Sequence record: MG589383
DNA length: 64,000 bases
Direction: 5' to 3' (one strand)
From: Shigella phage phi25-307
Below the pieces are notes generated by a model. That model was not told the origin of the DNA, did no database searches, and saw only the letters and a list, made by a program, of their open reading frames with translations. Below are positions 31,623 through 43,300 of this stretch, piece by piece; within the stretch, counting starts at the first letter, position 1; each line of letters opens with the position of its first letter. A program made the position numbers and the translations under genes.

Positions 31623-32276
31623 TTAATACTTACATGATTTGATTGTTTCTATGAACAATTTCTTAGCAGCATTTCCATCGATTTGAAGTATTTTTCGATA
31701 TGCCTTTAATTTGGTAGAATAATTTTGCCAGACTAAATTGTCAGTAAGTTCGTCGTGCTTATCTATAATATTCAAAAATGAGTCCAACAATAAGAAAGTC
31801 TCAAATGAGATTATATTGCTTTGTAGCAATTTGAATATGTAGCTCGACTGAACGTTGTTATTATAATCAAATATCTCTTGAAGCGCACTAACTTCAACTT
31901 TCTTACTGAAATAGTAGATGTTACGTACGTCTTCAGCAAACGTCTCCTTGGCTTGTTTGAGACGTCCAATATATTCCCTATAGAAAACTAATGCATCAGC
32001 GTCTGATATCTCACCAATCCATGCGTCTTGGTTAGCAACTAAGTTGCTTATGAATATCAAGGTGAGTTCCTTCAATTTATATTTCTCTGCTAGTTTTTCA
32101 AAGAAATATTTATCTCGGCGTTTTTGATACGCATTATCCGAAACACGCATGCACCAGTTATATTTGATTACGTCATACCGACCACCAAAGTGGTTTTTGC
32201 ACATCAAGTATAGTTTATATACTGATTTACCGTTAATATAACGTTCTCCGTCAGGAGGCATGCGTATTTTAATCAT
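31623..32276 (-). CDS. 59: helicase loader gp59 (217 aa)
   Basis: Size identical to T4 gp59; position between 32 and 33. Confidence 0.85.
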   Translation of the reverse strand: MIKIRMPPDGERYINGKSVYKLYLMCKNHFGGRYDVIKYNWCMRVSDNAYQKRRDKYFFEKLAEKYKLKELTLIFISNLVANQDAWIGEISDADALVFYREYIGRLKQAKETFAEDVRNIYYFSKKVEVSALQEIFDYNNNVQSSYIFKLLQSNIISFETFLLLDSFLNIIDKHDELTDNLVWQNYSTKLKAYRKILQIDGNAAKKLFIETIKSCKY

Positions 32277-32952
32277 AGTTCCATCCAGGCCATTTTGAAG
32301 ATTTAAGTCTATACGTAACTAGAGATGCAGAAATATTAAAAACATCCGAAACTTCTGTGCATGACGAGTATTTTATACCATCAATAATTATAGGTTTTTG
32401 TTTTTTAATAGTTCTTTCTTTAGAATGCGGCTTTGAATTTGCTATTCTAAGAGCTTCTTTGGTTGAATCAGGCATCGGCTTATTCGTTTTTCGCCCTTTT
32501 CGGACTTTACTCAAAGCTAATTTATGAGCTTCAGATAGTTTCTTACCCTTATTAGGGGATGGTATTTTTCTTTCTAATCTGGTTTTAGATACTTTAGCCT
32601 TAGTCTCTTCAGATCTAGGTTTACCTAATTTAGAAAGTGAAATAGCCCTTTTAGCTTCATCACTTTGTTTTTTACCAGGGCCACCTTTACCACCGGGAAC
32701 TAAGTTATAAGTATCAGTTCGCAAAACAAAATCTTCATTAACCAATTCTGCTTCTTTTTTATAGGCGTCCTTGTCATTATCATATTCATAAAGAATTTCG
32801 GTATAAAAATTTTTTAGTCCATATTTAGCTTTGGCCGCTAATATAGCGCGGCCTGATCCAATATACCAATCTTTCTCTTTATGTTTTTTGTGTACGCCTA
32901 TATAAATTTTACCATTTATTTTATTGGTAGTTTTATACACAACGTATTTCAT
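32269..32952 (-). CDS. free-standing GIY-YIG homing endonuclease, Seg-like (227 aa)
   Basis: N-terminal GIY-YIG module (KYVVYKTTNKINGKIYIGVH...R...E) followed by Lys/Ser-rich DNA-binding-type repeats; wedged between 59 and 33 with overlapping stops/starts. Confidence 0.75.
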   Translation of the reverse strand: MKYVVYKTTNKINGKIYIGVHKKHKEKDWYIGSGRAILAAKAKYGLKNFYTEILYEYDNDKDAYKKEAELVNEDFVLRTDTYNLVPGGKGGPGKKQSDEAKRAISLSKLGKPRSEETKAKVSKTRLERKIPSPNKGKKLSEAHKLALSKVRKGRKTNKPMPDSTKEALRIANSKPHSKERTIKKQKPIIIDGIKYSSCTEVSDVFNISASLVTYRLKSSKWPGWNYD

Positions 32953-33287
32953 AATAAGAAATCTAACGTATTAGTTTTTTCACCACGAGCAACTGATGGG
33001 CGAAGCATGTTTTCGTCAATTGCTTCGCTTGTAATTTTTTCAACAATTCCTGTAGGAATAAATTTAGCAAATTGTGTTTCTGGAATAGAATTTTCTTCCA
33101 AGAAAGCAGTTGTTGCTTCTAAATAAGACATACCAAATCGTTCAACCATGGATTCGATAATGAATCCGTTTTCTTGTCGGTCAAGTAATTTAGCGATATC
33201 ATCTTTATCGTGTTTTACTGCTAATTCTTGTTCAGATAAACCGGCCTCATCAACCGGTTTAATATCACTTAGTGAAAACTGTGTCAT
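32949..33287 (-). CDS. 33: late transcription accessory protein gp33 (112 aa)
   Basis: Collinear with T4 gp33 (MVERFGMSYLEATTAFLEENSIPETQFAKFIP, KTNTLDFLL). Confidence 0.93.
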   Translation of the reverse strand: MTQFSLSDIKPVDEAGLSEQELAVKHDKDDIAKLLDRQENGFIIESMVERFGMSYLEATTAFLEENSIPETQFAKFIPTGIVEKITSEAIDENMLRPSVARGEKTNTLDFLL

Positions 33288-33534
33288 AAAGCTCGACTAC
33301 CTCTTCGTTTTCAGCTTCAAATTGATCACGAGCGTCTTTATGATAAAGAGCTAACAAACGATTAAACATTTTTCCATCGACGCCAAGCTCTTCTTTAGCA
33401 CGAGTACGAATGTCTTTAATCAGTTCATTATAACCAGAAATTTTAAGTTTGTTATCGGAAGCTTCTTTGACTAGTTTAGCCAGTTCTTCACCATGCACAT
33501 CTTGATTAAATTCAACTGCTTCTTTCTTAGCCAT
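33265..33534 (-). CDS. dsbA: dsDNA-binding protein DsbA (89 aa; start at internal ATG 33534)
   Basis: MAKKE..VEF...HGE.LAK..KEASD.KLKISGYNELIKDIR as T4 DsbA; SD GAGGT upstream of ATG 33534. Confidence 0.88.
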   Translation of the reverse strand: MAKKEAVEFNQDVHGEELAKLVKEASDNKLKISGYNELIKDIRTRAKEELGVDGKMFNRLLALYHKDARDQFEAENEEVVELYDTVFTK

Positions 33535-33541
33535 GTTTACC

Positions 33542-34459
33542 TCAGAATTCATTAATTACACTTGTTAATTTAGAAAGACCAGATTTTACAAAGTATGAAT
33601 AAATCTTGCCTTTAGGTTGTGGTTTATATGAGTTATAATACTCTATAATGGTTGAAGCAATATTATCAGGGATATAATCAAAATCAATGAGAACCAAATT
33701 TTCTTGATACCGTTTATATTCTTCTGCACTTAATAATACTTCGGCTTGAGAACGGTCATTGGCAATTGCTTCAATAATCGTTGTTTTCATGCTCGGAGTT
33801 CGTTCACCATCAACTCGAGTAAACCAGAAGTCACCACGAACTCGAACAGATGCAACGCCATCTTTACGGTCACCTTTAAGAATTTTAGTCATGCAATCAA
33901 TTTCAGCAGAACCGTTCTTAATTTTAACCCATTTTTTCTGTGGTGGCGACCACTGTTTAACGTTAGGATATTTGTGTAATTGTGTAAAGTCACCATCTGA
34001 TGCAACAATACATACCTTATGACCAGCTAATGACAAATATTTAGTTAATACACCGATATGGTCATCCGCTTCATACTTGTCAATATCCATTACAACGTAT
34101 GGCATGTATTTCTTAATCTCATCAACAACTTGATGGAGTGCAGTAAAATATCCTTCCCAATCCCACTTTGAAGCTTCACGATCGGTTTTACGATTTTTCT
34201 TGTAATAGTAAGCAAAGTCACGACGCCAATAACCTGAAGTAGCATTATCCATACACAATACAAATTTTGTATAGCCTTGCTTACGGAACATCACCACGTT
34301 TTTACGAATTGAATTCAAGATTACATGGCGAACCATCGGAACAGTAATTTTATCGCCGTCTTCAAAGTTGTTTAATGCGGCTGCCAATGCAATGTTACTA
34401 AAGTCGGCAAGTGCAATACCTTCTTTGTAATCTTCATCCAACATCATTTCTAAATCCAT
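33542..34459 (-). CDS. rnh: RNase H / 5-prime flap exonuclease (305 aa)
   Basis: Size identical to T4 RNase H; position between dsbA and gene 34. Confidence 0.85.
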   Translation of the reverse strand: MDLEMMLDEDYKEGIALADFSNIALAAALNNFEDGDKITVPMVRHVILNSIRKNVVMFRKQGYTKFVLCMDNATSGYWRRDFAYYYKKNRKTDREASKWDWEGYFTALHQVVDEIKKYMPYVVMDIDKYEADDHIGVLTKYLSLAGHKVCIVASDGDFTQLHKYPNVKQWSPPQKKWVKIKNGSAEIDCMTKILKGDRKDGVASVRVRGDFWFTRVDGERTPSMKTTIIEAIANDRSQAEVLLSAEEYKRYQENLVLIDFDYIPDNIASTIIEYYNSYKPQPKGKIYSYFVKSGLSKLTSVINEF

Positions 34460-34524
34460 ATGAACCTCTTGTTCAGTTAGTCAACTTGACTATAGTAACA
34501 TACTCATTTGAAAGCGTAAACTGG

Positions 34525-34532
34525 TATAAATA
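34525..34532 (+). promoter_or_regulatory. late promoter TATAAATA for gene 34
   Basis: Exact T4 late -10 consensus 31 nt upstream of ATG 34563. Confidence 0.65.
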
Positions 34533-34562
34533 AGTATTATTGAAACAATAAAGGAAAAACGA

Positions 34563-37500
34563 ATGGCCGACATCAAACGTAAGTTCAGAGCCGAAGACGG
34601 TCTGGACGCCGGTGGCGACAAGATTGTTAACGTAGCATTAGCCGACCGTACAGTAGGTACTGATGGCGTAAACGTTGACTTCCTGGTACAAGAAAACACC
34701 GTTCAAGTATATGATTCTACGCGTGGATATAACAAAGGATTTGTTGTTCTTTATGACAACCGTTTATATCAAGCAATAAATGATATCGTGTCTCCTTCCG
34801 GGGCATTTAACCTTTTACAATGGCGCACAGTTCGTACCGATGCACAATGGATAACTGTCGCTTCTGGGACTTATCAACTTTCTTCAGGTGAATCGATTTC
34901 GGTTAACACTGCTGCCGGCAATGATATGGTTTTCACATTGCCAAGTACGCCGGTTGATGGTGATACTGTTGTTTTGGCTGATATCGGTGGAAGAACCGGG
35001 ACAGTTAAAGTACAGATTAACGCGTCTGTGCAGAGTATTTTAAACTTTAGAGGTGAACAAGTTCGTTCAGTTTTAATGACGCGACCACGTTCACAACTAG
35101 TGTTTGTGTTTAGTAATCGTTTGTGGCAGATGTATATCATTGATTACGGTAAAGAATCAATCACTGTTACACCAGCGGCACCATATCAAGCACAAGCAAA
35201 TGATTTTATCGTTCGTCGTTTTACTAGTGCAGCACCAATCAACATTACACTTCCACGTAATGCTAACAATGGTGATATAATCAGCCTAGTCGATTTAGAT
35301 AAATTAAACCCACTGTATCATACAATTGTTAAAACATTTGATGATACAACGTCTATTGGTGAAGTCGGGACTCATATTGCCGAAGGCAGAAATGACTCTG
35401 ACGCGTTTTTTGTTTTTGATGCTGCAAATAGTTTATGGCGTATATGGGAAGGCGACCAGAAATCGCGTCTTCGTATTATCCGTGCGGATTCAAATATTCG
35501 TCCAAATGAAGAAGTTCTTATTTTTGGCACAAATAACGCTGCAACCGGAACTATTAATCTTACGCTGCCTACCGGAATTTTGAGTGGTGACACTGTTAAA
35601 ATTTCAATGAACTACATGCGTAAAGGCCAAACAGTAAAAATTAAAGCTGCCGAAGGTGATACAATTGCTTCTTCTGTTGCGTTGCTTCAGTTCCCTAAAC
35701 GTTCTGAGTATCCACCTGATGCTCAATGGGTCTCTGTTACTGAACTAGAATTCAATGGCACTACTTCATATGTTCCTGTATTAGAATTATCGTATATCGA
35801 AGACACCGTTGCTGGTACACGTTATTGGGTTGTGCAACAAAACGTCCCAACTGTAGAACGTGTTGATGCTGGAACTGATGCTACACGAGCTCGTTTAGGT
35901 GTTATTGCTCTTGCTACTCAAGCGCAAGCAAACGTTGATTTTGAAAATTCTCCGGCTAAAGAAGTTGCTATTACTCCTGAAACGTTGGCAAATCGTACAG
36001 CAACTGAAGCTCGACGTGGTATCGCTAAAATTGCTACAACAGCACAAGTTAACCAGAATTCCACAGCATCATTTGTGGACGATACTATTGTTACGCCTAA
36101 AAAACTAAATGAGCGTACAGCAACTGAAACTCGTCGTGGTCTTGCTGAAATTGCTACTCAGGCTGAAACAGATGCTGGTCTTGATGACACAACGATTATT
36201 ACACCTAAGAAATTGCAGGCACGTCAGGGTTCTGAAACACTATCTGGTATAGTTAAATATGTATCAACTACTTCTGCTACTCCTGCTGAAACTCGTGGGG
36301 CTGCAGGCACTAATGTTTATAATAAAACCGTAAATAATTTAACTATTTCTCCTAAAGCCCTTGACCAATATAAAGCAACTTACGCCCAACAAGGTGCAGT
36401 AATTTTAGCTATTGATAGTGAAGTAATTGCTGGACAATCTCAGTCTGGATACTCTCATGCTGTAGTAACTCCTGAAACACTACATAAGAAAACTTCTACT
36501 GATGGACGTATTGGTTTAATTGAAATTGCTACGCAAGCAGAAACTAATGCTGGGACTGATTATACACGTGCAGTAACGCCTAAGACGTTAAATGATAGGA
36601 GAGCGACGGAAGGATTATCCGGCATAGCCGAAATTGCTACGCAAGTTGAATTTGATACTGGAACTGATGATACTCGTATCTCGACTCCACTGAAAATTAA
36701 AACTCATTTTGATTCTTCTGACCGTACCAGTGTTAATTCTGATTCCGGACTTATTGAAGAAGGAACCTTGTGGAACCATTATACTCTTGATATTTCTAAA
36801 GCAAATGAAACACAACGTGGTACACTTCGCGTAGCGACCCAGGCAGAATCTAATGCAGGAACTTTAGATGATGTTCTTATTACTCCTAAAAAGCTTTTAG
36901 GGACTAAGTCCACTGAAACGTCTGAAGGTGTAATCAAGGTTGCAACCCAGTCTGAAACTGTGACTGGAACGTCAGCGAACACTGCTGTATCTCCTAAGAA
37001 TTTAAAATGGATTGTGCAGAGTGAACCAACATGGGCTGCTACTACAGCAATTCGCGGATTCGTTAAAACTTCATCCGGTTCTATTACATTCGTTGGTAAT
37101 GATACAGTCGGTTCTACACAAAACTTAGAGCTATACGAGAAAAATAGCTATGCAGTATCACCGTATGAATTAAACCGTGTATTGGCAAATTACTTGCCAT
37201 TAAAAGCAAAAGCTGCTGACGCAAATTTATTAGATGGCCTAGATTCATCTCAGTTCATTCGTAGGGACATTGCACAGACGGTTAATGGTTCACTAACCTT
37301 AACCCAACAAACGAATCTGAGTGCCCCTCTTGTATCATCTAGTACGGCTACGTTTGGTGGTTCGGTATCTGCTAATAGTACATTAACTATTTCTAATACA
37401 GGTGCTTCAACTCGCTTAATATTTGAAAAAGGTCCACAAACTGGAAACAACCCTGCTCAGGCGATGAATATCCGTGTATGGGGTAACCAATTCGCCGGCG

Positions 37501-38438
37501 GTTCTGATACATCTCGTGCTACGATATTTGAAGTTGGTGATGAAACATCTAACCACTTTTATTCACAACGGGATAACCTTGGTAATATTACTTTCAGCAT
37601 CAACGGTACAGTTCGGCCGATTAATGTTAATGCATCCGGAACATTGAATGCTAATGGTGCGGCAACATTTGGACGTTCGGTGACAGCACAGGGTGAATTT
37701 ATAACCTATAGTGCAAACGCATTCAGAGCAATTAGTGGTAATTACGGATTCTTTATTCGTAATGATGCTGCTAATACCTATTTTATGCTTACTGCATCAG
37801 GTGATCAGACTGGCGGATTTAATGGATTACGTCCTTTAGCTATTAATAATGCATCCGGCCAAGTAACGATTGGTGAAGGCTTAATCATTGCCAAAGGTGC
37901 TACTATAAATTCAGGTGGTTTAACTGTTAACTCGAGAATTCGTTCTCATGGTTCTAAAACTGCTGATTTATACACTCGTGCTCCTACTGCTGATACAGTC
38001 GGATTCTGGTCAATCGATATTAACGATTCAGCCACTTATAACCAGTTCCCGGGTTATTTTAAAATGGTTGAAAAAACTAATGAAGTGACTGGACTTCCAT
38101 ACTTAGAACGTGGCGAAGAAGTTAAATCTCCTGGTACACTGACTCAGTTTGGTAACACACTTGATTCGCTTTACCAAGATTGGATTACTTATCCAACAAC
38201 TCCAGAAGCACGTACAACCCGTTGGACACGTACATGGCAGAAAACTAAAAATTCTTGGTCGAGTTTTGTTCAGGTATTTGATGGTGGAAACCCTCCTCAA
38301 CCTTCTGATATTGGTGCTTTACCTTCTGATAATGCAACAATCGGAAACTTGACAATAAGAGATTTCTTAAGGATTGGTAACGTCCGCATTATTCCAGACC
38401 CTGTGAATAAATCTGTTAAATTCGAGTGGATTGAATAA
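34563..38438 (+). CDS. 34: long tail fibre proximal subunit gp34 (1291 aa)
   Basis: Size (T4 1289 aa), synteny, internal repeated fibre motifs, late promoter TATAAATA at 34525-34532. Confidence 0.93.
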   Translation: MADIKRKFRAEDGLDAGGDKIVNVALADRTVGTDGVNVDFLVQENTVQVYDSTRGYNKGFVVLYDNRLYQAINDIVSPSGAFNLLQWRTVRTDAQWITVASGTYQLSSGESISVNTAAGNDMVFTLPSTPVDGDTVVLADIGGRTGTVKVQINASVQSILNFRGEQVRSVLMTRPRSQLVFVFSNRLWQMYIIDYGKESITVTPAAPYQAQANDFIVRRFTSAAPINITLPRNANNGDIISLVDLDKLNPLYHTIVKTFDDTTSIGEVGTHIAEGRNDSDAFFVFDAANSLWRIWEGDQKSRLRIIRADSNIRPNEEVLIFGTNNAATGTINLTLPTGILSGDTVKISMNYMRKGQTVKIKAAEGDTIASSVALLQFPKRSEYPPDAQWVSVTELEFNGTTSYVPVLELSYIEDTVAGTRYWVVQQNVPTVERVDAGTDATRARLGVIALATQAQANVDFENSPAKEVAITPETLANRTATEARRGIAKIATTAQVNQNSTASFVDDTIVTPKKLNERTATETRRGLAEIATQAETDAGLDDTTIITPKKLQARQGSETLSGIVKYVSTTSATPAETRGAAGTNVYNKTVNNLTISPKALDQYKATYAQQGAVILAIDSEVIAGQSQSGYSHAVVTPETLHKKTSTDGRIGLIEIATQAETNAGTDYTRAVTPKTLNDRRATEGLSGIAEIATQVEFDTGTDDTRISTPLKIKTHFDSSDRTSVNSDSGLIEEGTLWNHYTLDISKANETQRGTLRVATQAESNAGTLDDVLITPKKLLGTKSTETSEGVIKVATQSETVTGTSANTAVSPKNLKWIVQSEPTWAATTAIRGFVKTSSGSITFVGNDTVGSTQNLELYEKNSYAVSPYELNRVLANYLPLKAKAADANLLDGLDSSQFIRRDIAQTVNGSLTLTQQTNLSAPLVSSSTATFGGSVSANSTLTISNTGASTRLIFEKGPQTGNNPAQAMNIRVWGNQFAGGSDTSRATIFEVGDETSNHFYSQRDNLGNITFSINGTVRPINVNASGTLNANGAATFGRSVTAQGEFITYSANAFRAISGNYGFFIRNDAANTYFMLTASGDQTGGFNGLRPLAINNASGQVTIGEGLIIAKGATINSGGLTVNSRIRSHGSKTADLYTRAPTADTVGFWSIDINDSATYNQFPGYFKMVEKTNEVTGLPYLERGEEVKSPGTLTQFGNTLDSLYQDWITYPTTPEARTTRWTRTWQKTKNSWSSFVQVFDGGNPPQPSDIGALPSDNATIGNLTIRDFLRIGNVRIIPDPVNKSVKFEWIE

Positions 38439-38446
38439 GAGGTATT

Positions 38447-39574
38447 ATGGAAAAATTTATGGCTAAGTTTGGACAAGGATACGTCCAAACGCCATTTTTA
38501 TCGGAAAGCAATTCAGTACGATTTAAATTAAGCATAGCGGGCTCTTGCCCGCTATCAACATCTCCTGCTTATATTAAGTTCCAGGATAATCCACTTGGGT
38601 CCCAGGTTTTTTCTGTTGGATTAAACGTTCGTGTAATAAATCCTACAACAGGTGCAGTAGTTGAATCTAAGTCATATAATTTCTCTACTGAAAACGACAC
38701 AACGTCAAGTGCATTTGTTACTTTCATGGACACATATGCTTCAAATTTTATATTTGCTCTTGTTACTAACGCTAAAACAAACTTTCCGCCTGAAGTTCTT
38801 ACATGGTTTAATAAAGCCGGAAGTTCTGCTATTCCATTAGCTCAACAAGTTTTAAATATAGTGGACATTTCTTATTCGGCATTTTATATTTCTGGTAAGA
38901 ATGCTATAGCACTAGAACATATTAAGTATAGTAATAAGAAAACTTCAACCGACTATAGTACACCACTTGATGTTGTGTATGACACGATCGACGATATTGG
39001 TGCTACCGGCTTCCCTAGTCGTACGTATGAATCGACAGACACATTTTTATCTGCCGTTGGAGGTACTAATAATGAAATTAAAAGGATGCCTACAACATCC
39101 CTTATTACACCTCTCGCTGGGTATAAATTGAAGCCTGGAGATTTCCTTTATATGAAATTCCAACTAATGGCTGATGCCGATTTGTTAGCACAAGGGACGA
39201 CACGACTTTCTATTCGTTTCTTTAAATCTCCTTCTACTTCACCTATTTCATTTAAGGATACAAACTTTGATGGGGCTGCAGGTGAATGGAAGATATATGA
39301 AGACTACATAGAAATTCCTGCTGGTGCTGACGGGTTCACGATTTATTGTTATCGTACAGCTCCAGTCGGGCAAGGTGGATTAAGAAACGTTATATTCACT
39401 GAAGTATCATGTAATGGAAGCGTTTCAAAACCTGCTGAGTTTGGTGTAAATGGTATTCGTGTAAATTATGTTTCAGAATCTTTAAGTGCCCCAGACATAA
39501 TGACATTACCTACTCAATCTTCAACTGATACTGGTAAGGTATTTGGTCAAGAATTTAAAGAAGCATCAGAATAA
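38447..39574 (+). CDS. 35: long tail fibre hinge connector gp35 (375 aa)
   Basis: Size and synteny with T4 gp35. Confidence 0.85.
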   Translation: MEKFMAKFGQGYVQTPFLSESNSVRFKLSIAGSCPLSTSPAYIKFQDNPLGSQVFSVGLNVRVINPTTGAVVESKSYNFSTENDTTSSAFVTFMDTYASNFIFALVTNAKTNFPPEVLTWFNKAGSSAIPLAQQVLNIVDISYSAFYISGKNAIALEHIKYSNKKTSTDYSTPLDVVYDTIDDIGATGFPSRTYESTDTFLSAVGGTNNEIKRMPTTSLITPLAGYKLKPGDFLYMKFQLMADADLLAQGTTRLSIRFFKSPSTSPISFKDTNFDGAAGEWKIYEDYIEIPAGADGFTIYCYRTAPVGQGGLRNVIFTEVSCNGSVSKPAEFGVNGIRVNYVSESLSAPDIMTLPTQSSTDTGKVFGQEFKEASE

Positions 39575-39579
39575 ATTTA

Positions 39580-39604
39580 GGGAGACTTCAGTCTCCCATT
39601 TTTG
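39580..39604 (+). terminator. terminator after gene 35 (GGGAGAC-TTCA-GTCTCCC, T-tract)
   Basis: Hairpin then ATTTTTG; directly upstream of gene 36 late promoter. Confidence 0.6.
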
Positions 39605-39612
39605 TATAAATA
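39605..39612 (+). promoter_or_regulatory. late promoter TATAAATA for gene 36-37
   Basis: Exact consensus 25 nt upstream of ATG 39637, just downstream of the gene 35 terminator. Confidence 0.65.
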
Positions 39613-39636
39613 TGGTATACATATAAGGAGACAACT

Positions 39637-40302
39637 ATGGCCGATTTAAAAGCTGGTAGTACAACTGGCGGCGCCGTTATATGGCATCAAGGTAATTTCC
39701 CTTTAATGCCAGCAGGTGATGACGTCCTGTATAAAACGTTTAAACTCTATTCAGAATATAATAAACCACAAGCGGCTGATAACGATTTCGTTTCTAAAGC
39801 TAATGGTGGTACGTATGCCGCTCGAGTAACATTTAATAATGGTGTGCAAGTACCTTATGCCGTAAATAACACAAATCAAAGTGGTATTTATCCTGGCAAT
39901 GGCGATGCTGCTACTTTTGATACAGCAAATATTGATATTGTTTCATGGTATGGCATTGGTTTTAAATCATCACAAGGATCTGCAGGTAGAACTGTTGTTG
40001 TTAACACTCGTACTGGTGATATCAGCACTAAAGGTGGTATTTATGCAACTGGTCCTGTCCGTTCTAACGCTACTGCTCCGGTTGCAGCAAATGATCTCAC
40101 AAGAAAAGATTACGTTGATGGACGAATAAATATTGTTACAGATAACGCAAATTCCCGTGTATTGCGTTCTGGCGATACCATGGCTGGTACTTTAACAGCA
40201 CCAAACTTTTTCTCACAGAATCCGGCGTCTGAGGCTAATCATGTTCCTCGTTTCGACCAGATTGTAATTAAAGATTCTGTTCAAGATTTCGGCTATTATT
40301 AA
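39637..40302 (+). CDS. 36: long tail fibre distal connector gp36 (221 aa)
   Basis: Size identical to T4 gp36; late promoter at 39605-39612. Confidence 0.88.
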   Translation: MADLKAGSTTGGAVIWHQGNFPLMPAGDDVLYKTFKLYSEYNKPQAADNDFVSKANGGTYAARVTFNNGVQVPYAVNNTNQSGIYPGNGDAATFDTANIDIVSWYGIGFKSSQGSAGRTVVVNTRTGDISTKGGIYATGPVRSNATAPVAANDLTRKDYVDGRINIVTDNANSRVLRSGDTMAGTLTAPNFFSQNPASEANHVPRFDQIVIKDSVQDFGYY

Positions 40303-40310
40303 GAGGACTT

Positions 40311-43300
40311 ATGGCTACATTAAAACAGATACAATTTAAAAGAAGCAAAGTAGCAGGAGTTAATCCTACTGCAGCACAATTAGCCGAAGGCGAATTAGCG
40401 ATAAACTTAAAAGATCGAACTCTTTTTACTAAAGATGACCTCGGTAATATTATTAGCCTAGGCTTTGCTAAGGGCGGGGATATTAACGGTAATGTAACTC
40501 AAAATGGAGATTATTTACAGAACGGTACATATAATCTCAATGGAAACCAGTTTGTTTATGCAGGAAAATATATTGAATTTTTACCTAAAACTGCAGGCAA
40601 TGGTGCTTGGGCTAACCAACATTTGAATAAAGCCCCTATCTTTACAGATTTAAGTTCAACTACTTCTGTTTCAGAATACCATCCGCTGATTAAACAACGC
40701 TATAAAGATGGAACTTTTTCTGCTGGTACATTAGTAAACGAAGGTAGTTTTAAATTCCATTATATTGATGAAACCAGGACTTCAAAATACTGGACTTTTA
40801 ATCGAAACGGTAATTTTCAAGTTGATTCCGGAAGTTTATTAGTATCTAATGGATATTTAGTTACTCAAAGTAATATTGAAACTAAAGCTGGTTCTTTAAT
40901 TGGTCCTAAAGTTATTACCAAAAATATCAATGTGAGCACTAAATCTTGGGACACTAATATTGATACTGCATATGATTTAGTTTCATTACCTACTTGGCAG
41001 TATACTCCAACCGAAACGGATTTGGATACTAATGGTATAAACTACCTTCGTAAATTCCGCGGACATGTTTCTTCTGCTATTTTCCATGAAGTTGCTGATG
41101 CTCGTTCAGGTAAACCACAGAATATTTCGTATTGGACGGGACGTAATGCTGAAGTTTATCAATGGTCTTATACCACAGATGGGCGTATGTCTGTTGCTAA
41201 TTCGATAGGTATAGGTCTTGCTGATGTTGGTGACCAAGGACGTTATCCATTGGTTTCGTTTGGTAAAGGTATTGCAATTGGTGACAATGATACTGGTATT
41301 AAATGGGTTCGTGACGGGGTTATCGATTTAGTTGCGAATGGTATTTCTGCCGGCACTATTCTTAATAACGGTATTAACAGTACTAAAAAATTGATGGTCG
41401 GTTATAGCCGCGATTCTGGTACTACTTGGGATTTCCCAAATAACAACCAAGCAATGTTTACCGCACGCACCGATGTTGATGGTAATAATAACGGCGATGG
41501 TCAGACTCATATCGGTTATAACAGTAATTCTAAAATGTATCACTATTTCCGTGGTACAGGTCGTATGGCTGTTGGTATGTCCCAAGGTCTCCTTGTTGAA
41601 CCAGGAATTTTAGATATTAGCACTGGTTCAAATACATTAAGTTTGCGTGCTGACGGTACTGTTGCTTCTGTTCAAACGTTAAAGCTTAATAATGGATTAT
41701 ATTTTAATGGTGATGGAACTAATGCTTCTTTAGTTTTTAAAGCAGCTTCAGGTATTGATGGCACTAAGCAAATTATGTGGGAAGGTGGTAAGCGTGCTGG
41801 TCAAAATAAAAGTTATGTGACAGCTAAAGCTTGGGGTAATTCATTTAACGCATCTGGCGATCGTAATCGTGAAACAGTTTTTGAAGTAGCTGACGGACAA
41901 GGTTATTACTTTTATGCGCAGCGTGTAGCTCCCGCTTCAGGATCTACTGTCGGACCAATTCAATTTAGAATTGCTGGAGCATTATTAACCGGTGGTGGTA
42001 TTACATCATCCGGCTCGATTGTTACAGAATCAAGTTTAGTTGCTAATAACGGATTATCTGTAAATGGCCAGGCTAAATTTGGCGGAACAGCTGATGCATT
42101 AAGAATTTGGGATGCCGAATATGGCGCTATTTTCCGTCGTTCAGAAACAGCATTACATATTATCCCGACCAATAAAGATGCTGGTGAATCTGGTGGAATA
42201 AGCAATCTGCGCCCATTGAGCATCGCACTTAACAACGGTATGGTTCAAATGCGTCATTCTGTCACGTTAGGTGATGATGGTGCAGGCGGTAATATGATTA
42301 CTGTGGACAACGATAACAAACTTGTTGTTGTTACTAGTCATAGTCGTATTTCTCCTAATTACCGTATGCAGGTAGGACAAGCAGCTTATATTGATGCTGA
42401 ATGTACTGACACCGTTCGCCCGGCTGGTGCAGGGTCTTTTGCTTCACAAAATAATGAAAACGTTCGTGCTCCGTTCTATATGAATATTAATCGCACAGAT
42501 ACAAGTACTTACGTTCCTATTTTAAAACAACGTTATGTTCAAGGAAATAGCTGTTATTCTTTAGGTACTTTAATAAATGGCGGTAACTTCAGAGTTCATT
42601 ATCATGAAGGTGGAGACGGAAGTTCAACAGGCGCAACTATAAAAGATTTAGGCTGGGAATTTACACGTTCTGGTGATTTTATATCTCCTAAGCGCATTTC
42701 TGCTGGGGGTTCAGTTTATTTAGGCACAGACGGTAACATTACTGGTGGTTCTGGTAATTTTGCCAACTTAAATAGTACAATTGAATCACTTAAAACTGAT
42801 ATTGTTTCAAGTTATCCTATTGGAGCTCCGATTCCTTGGCCTACTGATACACCTCCTGAAGGTTACGCCATAATGGAAGGTCAAACATTTGATGCTGGCT
42901 TGTATCCTAAGTTAGCTGCTGTGTATCCTTCCGGCTCTCTGCCTGATATGCGTGGTCAAACTATCAAGGGTAAACCATCTGGGCGTGCTGTATTAAGTAC
43001 AGAAGCAGACGGTGTTAAGTCACATAGCCATAGTGCAAGTGCATCAAACACGGATTTGGGTACTAAAACCACTTCTAGTTTTGATTACGGTAGCAAAACG
43101 ACTTCAAGCTTTGATTATGGTACTAAGACCAGTAATACCACTGGCAACCATAACCATACAGTGAGTGGTAATACTAGTTCCGCTGGTGCTCACCGACACG
43201 CGCGTTCAGGCCCTCAGATTCAATACGGCGTACACACTAGCATATTCTATGATGGATACAATAGTGCTGGTCCAAATGGCAACGCTAAAATCACTGGAAC

